This document shows positions 12,401-25,700 of a DNA stretch of 64,000 nucleotides, in pieces (position 1 is the stretch's first letter; every line of letters starts with the position of its first letter). A model generated the notes under the pieces. That model was not told the DNA's origin, searched no databases, and saw only the letters and a program-made list of their open reading frames with translations. Source of the DNA: Amphiscolops sp. MND2022 (Eukaryota); contig OZ076409.1 of the NCBI GenBank assembly GCA_964187785.1, positions 75,642,001 through 75,706,000 of the forward strand. The letters are read 5' to 3'. The translations under genes and the position numbers were made by a program.

Positions 12401-14617
12401 GGGAGATATAGCGTTTTTCCGGAGCGGGGGGGTTTCATTTTTCTAACGGTCCAGCTTATCTTTGCCATTTTTTCGAAAATGCACTCGCCTAAAGGCCTCC
12501 CCTGGCCGGTTTTATTCCCAGCAAAACCATTTGGCCCTAAATACGGAGTTTCAGCGTTCCAGCATTCCCGGGCGAAAAGTTGTGGGACTTAGAAAAATTT
12601 CAAAAGTTTTCAAAATTTTTTTTTCGGTTTTCCGCCCTCCCCCCGAGGGGAAAAGACCCCCCAACCAGTAATTTGAGTGAATTTATGTGGAAAGGCCATG
12701 TTTAGACGAAAAAATTGCCGTTTAGAACGTCTTTCTATCTCAACCTGACATTGACTTATGAAGCTTTAAAGGTGATGTTTGGACGTGTGAAGCATGTAAA
12801 AAAAGGAATTTTTTTGATTTTATTTCATCAGAAAGTCATTGAATCACACGCTGTGAAGCCCAGAGCGTGGTTTCTAATAGTTTGGTATCGTTTAAACGCA
12901 TTTTGGTGTCTTTTTACTCTGTTTAAAAAACTTTTCTCCTGAAAATTTATAAATTTTGATTACTTTTCTTACTTTCCATTAATTTTTTTTCTTATATTTT
13001 TACTTGAAACAGTTGAGTACATTCCACCTCCCTTCCCGGGGGAGATGAGAATGTACTCGCAAAAAGCCGCGAACTACGGCCCATACCTTCCCGAGATACG
13101 CAGTATAAAGATAACATAATGGTCCAGACATTTTAATGGAGTTGTATCTTGGTAATATGTCTGGGTTTGCAGAAAAATCAGCACGTGCCATTTTATACCA
13201 AGTTGCTCGCAACGACAATTAATTTAAATCAACGCCCCCCACAAAAATCAACGCCCCCCGTCCGTGGGCATGCCGAGGCATGCCCTTCGACGACGTATGC
13301 CAAAGATATTCCCGAGCGCGTTAGCCTAGGTGCCGGGATTTCTATTCGATAAAGTATGTGGCGCGTGTGGGTAGGGTCCCTGGCGCGCTCTTGGGTATGG
13401 TGTTCACCAGCTAGGAAATAGGGGTCGATTTTTCGGGATCTCCTAAACTAGCCACACGATTTGGCTGAAATTTGGCACACGTACCCCCCTCGGCACGGTG
13501 AAGATGATTTCCTACTGACGTTTTTCCCGCAAAATTTTTTTTGTTGTCCAAAATAACGGTTTTTGGGGTAAAATTTTGAATTTTTTTTAAATTTTATCTT
13601 ATATCTCGCCACCGGTTTACGCTAGCGCTTCAAAACCCTGCTAAAGAAAGCTTGCAAACTGTCTCAGGAATGCGTTGTGAAATTTTCAGCTCAATCGGAC
13701 TTAAACTCGGGGAGATATAGCGTTTTTCCGGAGCGGGGGGGTTTCATTTTTCTAACGGTCCAGCTTATCTTTGCCATTTTTTCGAAAATGCACTCGCCTA
13801 AAGGCCTCCCCTGGCCAGTTTTATTCCCAGCAAAACCATTTGGCCCTAAATACGGAGTTTCAGCGTTCCAGCATTCCCGGGCCAAAAGTTGTGGGACTTA
13901 GAAAAGTTCAAAAATTTTCAAAAAATTTTTTTTCCGTTTTCCGCCCTCCCCCCCTAGGGGAAAAGACCCCCCAACCAGTAATTTGAGTGAATTCATGTGG
14001 AAAGGCCATGTTTAGAGGAGAAAAATGCCGTTTAGAACGTCTTTTTATCTTGGCTCAACGTTGACTTATGACGTTTTGAAGGTGATGTTTGGAGGTGTAA
14101 AGCACGTGAATAGTAAACGTTATGAGTATTTATCTGATCTGAAAGCCATTGAGATGCAATATGATTTGCTCAAAACGTAATTCATGGCAGTTTGGCAATC
14201 AATCAACACCCTTTGTTGTCGTTTGACATACTTTTTTGTTGTTATAATAAAAAATTTTTTGTATTTATTCATTTTTTTCTCATCAAATAACTTGAAACAG
14301 TTGAGTACATTCCATCCCCCCCCTTCCGGGGGAGATGAGAATGTACTCGCAAAAAGCACCGAACTACGGCCCTTACCTTCCCGAGCTACGCAGTATAAGG
14401 ATTACATATTGGTTCCGACATTTTCATAGAGTTAAATCTTGGTAATCTGTCTGGATATGCAGAAAAACCAGCACGTGCTTTTTTATACCAAGTTGCTTAC
14501 AACGACAATTATTTTATATCAACGCCCCCATATTTATCAACGCCCCCCGTCCGTGGGCATGCCGAGGCATGCCCTTCGACGACGTATACCAAGATATGTT
14601 CGAGCGCGTTAGCCTAG

Positions 14618-17600
14618 GTGGCCGTGTCTTTTCGACGTGCTTTTGCATTGAGGAGTGGGTAGGGCCCCGCGACGACCTAGAAGAATTGGATGCTCACCGA
14701 AACGTGCAGAATTCTACGAGATCTCATAGTTTGAGCCATACGATTTTTCTGAAATTTGGCATGTGGCCTGGAATTGGTGAGTAGGTAAAACGTGTAGAAG
14801 GTAATTTTTCCCAAATTCCACTGTGAGAGGAGATATGGGCAAATAACGGACCCAAAATTGGCAAAAATGCACATTTTTCAACTTTGTCAGCCAATATCTC
14901 TTTTCCAGGTGCCCGTAGCGTTCCGCACGTGGACATCAATATTGCTCAGCGCTGTTGGAGGAGTGCGTGGACAAATTTTGGTTTAAATCGGACTTAAACT
15001 TGACGAGAAATTAACGGTTTTTTGGGCGTTTCCGGGGTAAATTTTTTAACGGTCCAGCTTATCTTTGCCATTTTTTCGAAAATGTACATGCCTAAAGGCC
15101 TCCCCCTGGCCGAATTTACTCCCAGCAAACCCATTTGGCCCTAAATACGGAGTTTCAGCGTTCCAGCATTCCGGGGCGGAAAGTTGTGGGACTTGGAAAA
15201 ATTTCAAAATTTTTTCAAAAAATTTTTTTCCCGTTTTCCGGGCCCCCAATGAAGGGGAACGACCCCCCAACCAGTATTTTGAGTGAATTCATGTGGAACG
15301 CCCATGTTTGGAGGAGAAAAATGCCGTTTAGCACATCTTTTTATCTTAACTTGACATTGACTTATGACGTTTTGAATGTGATGTTAGGATATATGAAGCA
15401 TGTTAAAAGTTGAAGTTTTGAGTCTTTATCTCATCGGAAAACCATTGAGATACAAGCAGTTTTGCTAAAAACGATTTTCATTGTAGGTTAGCAGAGTATT
15501 AGTACACTTTGATGTCATTTGAGTATTTTTTTCTTCTATATAATAACTGTTTTTATGTATTTATTCCAATTTATCTCATCTCATTTTAACATCAAGCAGT
15601 TGAGTACATTTCATCTCCCTTTCGGGGGAGATGAGAATGTACTCGCTAAAAACCTAATGCTATGGCGCCAATGTTTGGATGGGAAGTTTTCTATGCTTTG
15701 AAAAAAGTTATTTTTAATTACTTGATTTTTTAAAACAATAATTAACATGAAGTACATTACTTGCTCCTACTACTACCACCATACATCTCTAACGTCAACG
15801 CCCCCTGCTTGCATCAACGCCCCATCGTCCGTGGGCATGCCGAGGCATGCCCTTCGACGACGTATGCCAAATGCCCAGTGCCACGCAGTCTTTCCCCGCT
15901 AGGTGGCCGTGTCTTTTCGACGTGCTTTTGCATTGAGGAGTGGGTAGGGCCCCGCGACGACCTAGAAGAATTGGATGCTCACCGAAACGTGCAGAATTCT
16001 ACGAGATCTCATAGTTTGAGCCATACGATTTTTCTGAAATTTGGCATGTGGCCTGGAATTGGTGAGTAGGTAAAACGTGTAGAAAGTAATTTTTCCCAAA
16101 TTCCACTGTGAGAGGAGATATGGGCAAATAACGGACCCAAAAATGGCAAAAATGCACATTTTTCAACTTTGTCAGCCAATATCTCTTTTCCAGGTGCCCG
16201 TAGCGTTCCGCACGTGGACATCAATATTGCTCAGCGCTGTTGGAGGAGTGCGTGGACAAATTTTGGTTTAAATCGGACTCAAACTTGACGAGAAATTAAC
16301 GGTTTTTTGGGCGTTTCCGGGGTAAATTTTTTAACGGTCCAGCTTATCTTTGCCATTTTTTCGAAAATGTACATGCCTAAAGGCCTCCCCCTGGCCGAAT
16401 TTACTCCCAGCAAACCCATTTGGCCCTAAATACGGAGTTTCAGCGTTCCAGCATTCCGGGGCGGAAAGTTGTGGGACTTGGAAAAATTTCAAAATTTTTT
16501 CAAAAATTTTTTTTCCCGTTTTCCGGGCCCCCAATGAAGGGGAACGACCCCCCAACCAGTATTTTGAGTGAATTCATGTGGAACGCCCATGTTTGGAGGA
16601 GAAAAATGCCGTTTAGCACATCTTTTTATCTTAACTTGACATTGACTTATGACGTTTTGAATGTGATGTTAGGATATATGAAGCATGTTAAAAGTTGAAG
16701 TTTTGAGTCTTTATCTCATCGGAAAACCATTGAGATACAAGCAGTTTTGCTAAAAACGATTTTCATTGTAGGTTAGCAGAGTATTAGTACACTTTGATGT
16801 CAATTGAGTATTTTTTTCTTCTATATAATAACTGTTTTTATGTATTTATTCCAATTTATCTCATCTTTTAACATCAAGCAGTTGAGTACATTTCATCTCC
16901 CTTTCGGGGGAGATGAGAATGTACTCGCTAAAAACCTAATGCTATGGCGCCAATGTTTGGATGGGAAGTTTTCTATGCTTTGAAAAAAGTTATTTTTAAT
17001 TACTTGATTTTTTAAAACAATAATTAACATGAAGTACATTACTTGCTCCTACTACTACCACCATACATCTCTAACGTCAACGCCCCCTGCTTGCATCAAC
17101 GCCCCATCGTCCGTGGGCATGCCGAGGCATGCCCTTCGACGACGTATGCCAAATGCCCAGTGCCACGCAGTCTTTCCCCGCTAGGTGGCCGTGTCTTTTC
17201 GACGTGCTTTTGCATTGAGGAGTGGGTAGGGCCCCGCGACGACCTAGAAGAATTGGATGCTCACCGAAACGTGCAGAATTCTACGAGATCTCATAGTTTG
17301 AGCCATACGATTTTGCTGAAATTTGGCATGTGGCCTGGAATTGGTGAGTAGGTAAAACGTGTAGGAGGTGATTTTTCCCAAATTCCACTGTGAGAGGAGA
17401 TATGGGCAAATAACGGACCCAAAAATGGCAAAAATGCACATTTTTCAACTTTGTCAGCCAATATCTCGTTCCCAGGTGCCCGGAGCGGGACGCGTTAAGC
17501 TGATTATAAACTCTAGGGTGTTGAGGCTGTACGGGGAAGTCAGGCCCGTTCCGATCGGACTTGTAGTCTTGGAGAAATAACGGTATTTTTGGGGAACCTT

Positions 17601-19720
17601 TTCTAACGGTCCAGCTTATCTTTGCCATTTTTTCGAAAATGTACTCGCCTAAAGGCCTCCCCCTGGCCGAATTTACACCCAGCAAAACCATTTGGCCCTA
17701 AATACGGAGTTTCAGCGTTCCAGCATTCCCGGGCGAAAAGTTGTGGGACTTGGAAAATTTTCAAAAATTTTCAAAAAATTTTTTTTTCGTTTTCCAGGCC
17801 CCCAATGAAGGGGAAACGACCCCCAACCAGTATTTTGAGTGAATTCATGTGGAAAGCCCTTGTTTTGACGAGAAAAATACCGTTTAGAACATCTTTTTAT
17901 CTTGACTCAACGTTGACTTATGACGTTTTGAATGTGATGTAAGGATGTAGGACGCATGTGATCAGTTGATGTTTTGAGTCTTTATCTCATATGAAAGCGG
18001 TTGAGATGCAAGCTGTCCTGCTCAAAACGTCTTTCGTTGTAATTTTCCAGTGCACCAATACCCTTTGGTGTCATATAAACATACTTTTTGTCGATATATT
18101 AACAATTTTAATGTATTTATTCCAATTTTTATTATCTTATAACTCAAAACAGTTGAGTACATTTCATCTCCATTTCGGGGGAGATGAGAATGTACTCGCT
18201 AAAGACCTAGCGCCATGACCAAAAGTTTGAAACCCACGTTTTTTATCTTCTTACAGACTTGTTTTTGTATTTTTTCGGAATTTTTTAAAAATTAATATAC
18301 TTGAAATACATTACTTGACTTTACTACTACAATCCACCTCCAACGTCAACGCCCCCCTGCTTGCATCAACGCCCACCGTCCGTGGGCATGCCGAGGCATG
18401 CCCTTCGACGACGTATGCCAAATGCCCAGTGCCACGCAGTCATTATCGCTAGGTGGCCGTGTCTTTTCGACGTGCTTTTGCATTGAGGAGTGGGTAGGGC
18501 CCCGCGACGACCTAGAAGAATTGGATGCTCACCGAAACGTGCAGAATTCTACGAGATCTCATAGTTTGAGCCATACGATTTTTCTGAAATTTGGCATGTG
18601 GCCTGGAATTGGTGAGTAGGTAAAACGTGTAGGAGGTGATTTTTCCCAAATTCCACTGTGAGACGAGATATGGGCAAATAACGGTCCCAAAAATGGCAAA
18701 AATGCACTTTTTTCAACTTTGTCAGCCCATATCTCGTTCCCAGGTGCCCGGAGCGGGACGCGTTAAGCTGATTATAAACTCTAGGGTGTTGAGGCTGTAC
18801 GGGGAAGTCAGGCCCGTTCCGATCGGACTTGTAGTCTTGGAGAAATAACGGTATTTTTGGGGAACCTTTTCTAACGGTCCAGCTTATCTTTGCCATTTTT
18901 TCGAAAATGTACTCGCCTAAAGGCCTCCCCCTGGCCGAATTTACTCCCAGCAAAACCATTTGGCCCTAAATACGGAGTTTCAGCGTTCCAGCATTCCCGG
19001 GCGAAAAGTTGTGGGACTTGGAAAATTTTCAAAAATTTTCAAAATTTTTTTTTTCGTTTTCCGGGCCCCCAATGAAGGGGAAACGACCCCCCAACCAGTA
19101 TTTTGAGTGAATTCATGTGGAAAGCCCTTGTTTTGACGAGAAAAGTACCGTTTAGAACATCTTTTTATCTTGACTCAACGTTGACTTATGACGTTTTGAA
19201 TGTGATGTAAGGATGTAGGAGGCATGTGATAAGTTGATGTTTTGAGTCTTTATCTCATATGAAAGCGGTTGAGATGCAAGCTGTCCTGCTCAAAACGTCT
19301 TTCGTTGTAATTTTCCAGTGCACCAATACCCTTTGGTGTCATATAAACATACTTTTCGTCGATATATTAACAATTTTAATGTATTTATTCCAATTTTTAT
19401 TATCTTTTAACTCAAAACAGTTGAGTACATTTCATCTCCCTTTCGGGGGAGATGAGAATGTACTCGCTAAAGACCTAGCGCCATGACCAAAAGTTTGAAA
19501 CCCGCGTTTTTTATCTTCTTACAGACTTGTTTTTGTATTTTTTCGGAATTTTTTAAAAATTAATATACTTGAAATACATTACTTGACTTTACTACTACAA
19601 TCCACCTCCAACGTCAACGCCCCCTTGCTTGCATCAACGCCCACCGTCCGTGGGCATGCCGAGGCATGCCCTTCGACGACGTATGCCAAATGCCCAGTGC
19701 CACGCAGTCATTATCGCTAG
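14618..19720 (+). repeat. Run of four GTGGCCGTGTCTTTTCG-head units forming two near-identical adjacent pairs (14618-15902/15903-17184 and 17185-18452/18453-19720)
   Basis: Direct comparison and duplicated ORF-track peptides. This head family has 11 copies: 14618, 15903, 17185, 18453, 22324, 23594, 26164, 31301, 41547, 42821, 62737. Confidence 0.88.
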
Positions 19721-22700
19721 GTGCCGGGATTTCTATTCGATAAAGTATGTGGCGCGTGTGGGTAGGGTCCCTGGCGCGCTCTTGGGTATGGTGTTCACCA
19801 GCTAGGAAATAGGGGTCGATTTTTCGGGATCTCCTAAACTAGCCACACGATTTGGCTGAAATTTGGCACACGTACTCCCCTCGGCATGGTGAAGATGATT
19901 TCCTACTAGTGTTTTGCTCGCAAAATTTTTTTTGTTGTCCAAAATAACGGTTTTTGGTGGAAAATTTTGAACTTTTTTTAAATTTCATCTTATATCTCGC
20001 CACGGGTTTACGCTAGCGCTTCAAAACCCTGCTAAAGAAAGCTTGCAAACTGTCTCAGGAATGCGGTGTGAAATTTTCAGCTTAATCGGACTTAAACTCA
20101 GGGAGATATAGCGTTTTTCCGGAGCGGGGGGGTTTCATTTTTCTAACGGTCCAGCTTATCTTAGCCATTTTTTCGAAAATGTACTCGCCTAAAGACCTCC
20201 CCTGGCCGGTTTTATTCCCAGCAAAACCATTTGGCCCTAAATACGGAGTTTCAGCGTTCCAGCATTCCCGGGCGAAAAGTTGTGGGACTTAGAAAAATTC
20301 AAAAATTTTCAAAAAATTTTTTTTCCGTTTTCCGCCCTCCCCCCCTAGGGGAAAAGACCCCCCAACCAGTAATTTGAGTGAATTCATGTGGAAAGGCCAT
20401 GTTTTGACGAAAAAATTGCCGTTTAGAACGTCTTTCTATCTCAACCTGACATTGACTTATGAAGCTTTAAAGGTGATGTTTGGACGTGTGAAGCATGTAA
20501 AAAAAGGAATTTTTTTGATTTTATTTCATCAGAAAGTCATTGAATCACACGCTGTGAAGCCCAGAGCGTGGTTTCGAATAGTTTGGTATCGTTTAAACGC
20601 ATTTTGGTGTCTTTTTACTCTGTTTAAAAAACTTTTCTCCTGAAAATTAATAAATTTTGATTACTTTTCTTACTTTCCATTAATTTTTTTTCTTGTATTT
20701 TTACTTGAAAAAGTTGAGTACATTCCATCTCCCTTCCCGGGGGAGATGAGAATGTACTCGCAAAAAGCCGCGAACTACGGCCCATACCTTCCCGAGATAC
20801 GCAGTATAAAGATAACATAATGGTCCAGACATTTTAATGGAGTTGTATCTTGGTAATATGTCTGGATTTGCAGAAAAATCAGCACGTGCCATTTTATACC
20901 AAGTTGCTCGCAACGACAATTAATTTAAATCAACGCCCCCCACAAAAATCAACGCCCCCCGTCCGTGGGCATGCCGAGGCATGCCCTTCGACGACGTGCA
21001 CCAAAATATGCCCCGAGCGCGTTAGCAGCTAGGTGCCGGTGTATTTTTACACAATGGGGGATGTTGCGCGTGTGGGGAGGGTCCCTGACGCGCTTCCGTG
21101 AGATCAGGTTTTTCAACTAGTGAAATCGACAAAGAAAATTGAGATCTCGTAAACTAGCCATACGATTTGGCTGAAATTTGGCACACGTACCCCCCTCGGC
21201 ACGGTGAAGATGATTTCCTACTGACGTTTTTCCCGCTAAACATTTTTTGTTGACCAAAATAACGGTTTTTGGGGTAAAATTTTCAACTTTTTTTAAATTT
21301 CATCTTATATCTCGCCACGGGTGCACGCTAGCGCTTCCAAACCTTGCTGACGAAAGTTTGCAAACTGTCTCAGGAATGCTGTGTGAAAATTTCAGCTCAA
21401 TCGGACTTAAACTCGATGAGATATAGCGTTTTTCCGGAGCGGGGGGGTTTCATTTTTCTAACGGTCCAGCTTATCTTTGCCATTTTTTCGAAAATGCACT
21501 CGCCTAAAGGCCTCCCCTGGCCGGTTTTATTCCCAGCAAAACCATTTGGCCCTAAATACGGAGTTTCAGCGTTCCAGCATTCTCGGGCGAAAAGTTGTGG
21601 GACTTAGAAAATTTCAAAAATTTTCAAAAAATTTTTTTTTCGTTATTTGGGCCCCCAAAGTGGGGGAAAAGACCCCCCAACCAGTAAATCAAGTGAATGC
21701 ATGTGGAAAGGCCATGTTTAGAGGAGAAAAATGCCGTTTAGAACGTCTTTTTATCTTGGCTCAACGTTGACTTATGACGTTTTGAAGGTGATGTTTGGAG
21801 GTGTAAAGCAAGTGAATAGTAAACGTTATGAGTATTTATCTGATCTGAAAGCCATTGAGATGCAATATGGTTTGCTCAAAACGTAATTCATTGCAGTTTG
21901 GCAATCAATCAACACCCTTTGTTGTCGTTTGACATACTTTTTGGTGTTAAAATAAAAAATTTTGTGTATTTATTCATTTTTTTCTCATCAAATAACTTGG
22001 AACAGTTGAGTACATTCCATCCCCCCCTTCCGGGGGAGATGAGAATGTACTCGCAAAAAGCACCGAACTACGGCCCTTACCTTCCCGAGCTACGCAGTAT
22101 AAGGATTACATATTGGTTCCGACATTTTCATAGAGTTATATCTTGGTAATCTGTCTGGATATGCCGAAAAATCAGCACGTGCCTTTTAATACCAAGTTGC
22201 TCACAACGACAATTATTTTATATCAACGCCCCCATATTTATCAACGCCCCCCGTCCGTGGGCATGCCGAGGCATGCCCTTCGACGACCCGCACCAAAATA
22301 TGCGTTAGCGCGGTAGCTGCTAGGTGGCCGTGTCTTTTCGACGTGCTTTTGCATTGAGGAGTGGGTAGGGCCCCGCGACGACCTAGAAGAATTGGATGCT
22401 CACCGAAACGTGCAGAATTCTACGAGATCTCATAGTTTGAGCCATACGATTTTTCTGAAATTTGGCATGTGGCCTGGAATTGGTGAGTAGGTAAAACGTG
22501 TAGGAGGTAATTTTTCCCAAATTCCATTGTGAGAGAAGATATGGGCAAATAACGGTCCCAAAAATGGCAAAATTGCACTTTTTTCAACTTTGTCAGCCCA
22601 TATCTCGTTCCCAGGTGCCCGGAGCGGGACGCGTTAAGCTGATTATAAACTCTAGGGTGTTGAGGCGGTACGGTGAACTTGGGCCCGTTCCGATCGGACT

Positions 22701-25700
22701 TGTAGTCTTGGAGAAATAACGGTATTTTTGGGAATTTTTTTCTAACGGTCCAGCTTATCTTTGCCATTTTTTCGAAAATGTACTCGCCTAAAGGCCTCCC
22801 CCTGGCCGAATTTACTCCCAGCAAAACCATTTGGCCCTAAATACGGAGTTTCAGCGTTCCAGCATTCGCGGGCGAAAAGTTGTGGGACTTGGAAAAATTT
22901 CAAAAATTTTCAAAATTTTTTTTTACGTTTTCCGGGCCCCCAATGAAGGGGAAACGACCCCCCAACCCTTATTTTGAGTGAATGCATGTGGAAAGGCCAT
23001 GGTTAGAGGAGAAAAATGCCGTTTAGATTGTCTTTCTATTTTAACTTGACATTGACTTATGACGTTTTGAATGTGATGTTAGGATGTGTGAGGCATGTGA
23101 AAAGTTGATGTTTTGAGTCTTTATCTCATATGAAAGCAATTGAGATGCACGCTGTCCTGCTCAAAACGTCTTTCGTTGTAGTTTTCCAGTGCACCAGAAC
23201 CCTTTGGTGTCATTTGAACATACTTTTCTTCGGTTTATTAACATTTTTAATGTATTTATTCCAATTTTTATTATCTTATAGCTCAAAACAGTTGAGTACA
23301 TTTCATCTCCCTTTCGGGGGAGATGAGAATGTACTCGCTAAAGACCTAGCGCCATGACCAAAATTTGAAGCGCACGTTTTGTATCTTCTTACAGACTTGT
23401 TTTTGTATTTTTTCGGATTTTTCTAAAAAATAATAACATACTTGAAATACATTACTTGACTTTACTACTACATTCCACCTCCAACGTCAACGCCCCCCTG
23501 CTTGCATCAACGCCCACCGTCCGTGGGCATGCCGAGGCATGCCCTTCGACGACGTATGCCAAATGCCCAGTGCCACGCAGTCATTATCGCTAGGTGGCCG
23601 TGTCTTTTCGACGTGCTTTTGCATCGAGGAGTGGGTAGGGCCCCGCGACGACCTAGAAGAATTGGATGCTCACCGAAACGTGCAGAATTCTACGAGATCT
23701 CATAGTTTGAGCCATACGATTTTTCTGAAATTTGGCATGTGGCCTGGAATTGGTGAGTAGGTAAAACGTGTAGAAGGTAATTTTTCCCAAATTCCACTGT
23801 GAGAGGAGATATGGGCAAATAACGGACCCAAAAATGGCAAAAATGCACATTTTTCAACTTTGTCAGCCAATATCTCTTTTCCAGGTGCCCGTAGCGTTCC
23901 GCACGTGGACATCAATATTGCTCAGCGCTGTTGGAGGATTGCGTGGACAAATTTTGGTTTAAATCGGACTAAAACTTGACGAGAAATTAACGGTTTTTTG
24001 GGCGTTTCCGGGGTAAATTTTTTAACGGTCCAGCTTATCTTTGCCATTTTTTCGAAAATGTACATGCCTAAAGGCCTCCCCCTGGCCGAATTTACTCCCA
24101 GCAAACCCATTTGGCCCTAAATACGGAGTTTCAGCGTTCCAGCATTCCGGGGCGGAAAGTTGTGGGACTTGGAAAAATTTCAAAATTTTTTCAAAAATTT
24201 TTTTTCCCGTTTTCCGGGCCCCCAATGAAGGGGAACGACCCCCCAACCAGTATTTTGAGTGAATTCATGTGGAAAGCCCATGTTTGGAGGAGAAAAATGC
24301 CGTTTAGCACATCTTTTTATCTTAACTTGACATTGACTTATGACGTTTTGAATGTGATGTTAGGATATATGAAGCATGTTAAAAGTTGAAGTTTTGAGTC
24401 TTTATCTCATCGGAAAACCATTGAGATACAAGCAGTTTTGCTAAAAACGATTTTCATTGTAGGTTAGCAGAGTATTAGTACACTTTGATGTCATTTGAGT
24501 ATATTTTTCTTCTATATAATAACTGTTTTTATGTATTTATTCCAATTTATCTCATCTTTTAACATCAAGCAGTTGAGTACATTTCATCTCCCTTTCGGGG
24601 GAGATGAGAATGTACTCGCTAAAAACCTAATGCTATGGCGCCAATGTTTGGATGGGAAGTTTTCTATGCTTTGAAAAAAGTTATTTTTAATTACTTGATT
24701 TTTTAAAACAATAATTAACATGAAGTACATTACTTGCTCCTACTACTACCACCATACATCTCTAACGTCAACGCCCCCTGCTTGCATCAACGCCCCATCG
24801 TCCGTGGGCATGCCGAGGCATGCCCTTCGACGACGTATGCCAAATGCCCAGTGCCACGCAGTCTTTTCCCGCTAGGTGCCGGGATTACTATTCGATAAAG
24901 TATGTGGCGCGTGTGGGTAGGGCCCCTGGCGCGCTCTTGGGTATGGTGTTCACCAGCTAGGAAATAGGGGTCGATTTTTCGGGATCTCCTAAACTAGCCA
25001 CACGATTTGGCTGAAATTTGGCACACGTACTCCCCTCGGCACGGTGAAGATGATTTCCTACTGACGTTTTTCCCGCAAAATTTTTTTTGTTGTCCAAAAT
25101 AACGGTTTTTGGGGGAAAATTTTCAACTTTTTTTAAATTTCATCTTATATCTCGCCACGGGTTTACGCTAGCGCTTCAAAACCCTGCTAAAGAAAGCTTG
25201 CAAACTGTCTCAGGAATGCGGTGTGAAATTTTCAGCTCAATCGGACTTAAACTCAGGGAGATATAGCGTTTTTCCGGAGCGGGGGGGTTTCATTTTTCTA
25301 ACGGTCCAGCTTATCTTAGCCATTTTTTCGAAAATGTACTCGCCTAAAGACCTCCCCTGGCCGGTTTTATTCCCAGCATAACCATTTGGCCCTAAATACG
25401 GAGTTTCAGCGTTCCAGCATTCCCGGGCGAAAAGTTGTGGGACTTAGTAAATTTCAAAAATTTTCAAAAAATTTTTTTTTCGTTATTTGGGCCCCCAAAG
25501 TGGGGGAAAAGACCCCCCAACCAGTAATTTGAGTGAATTCATGTGGAAAGGCCATGTTTAGCGGCGAAAAATGCTTTTTAGATCGTCTTTTTATTTTAAC
25601 CTGTTGTTGACTTATGTTGTTTTGAAGGTGATGTTTGGATGTGTGAAGCATGTGAAAAGGTAATTTTTTGTGTCTTTATCTCTTCTAAAAGCCATTGAGA

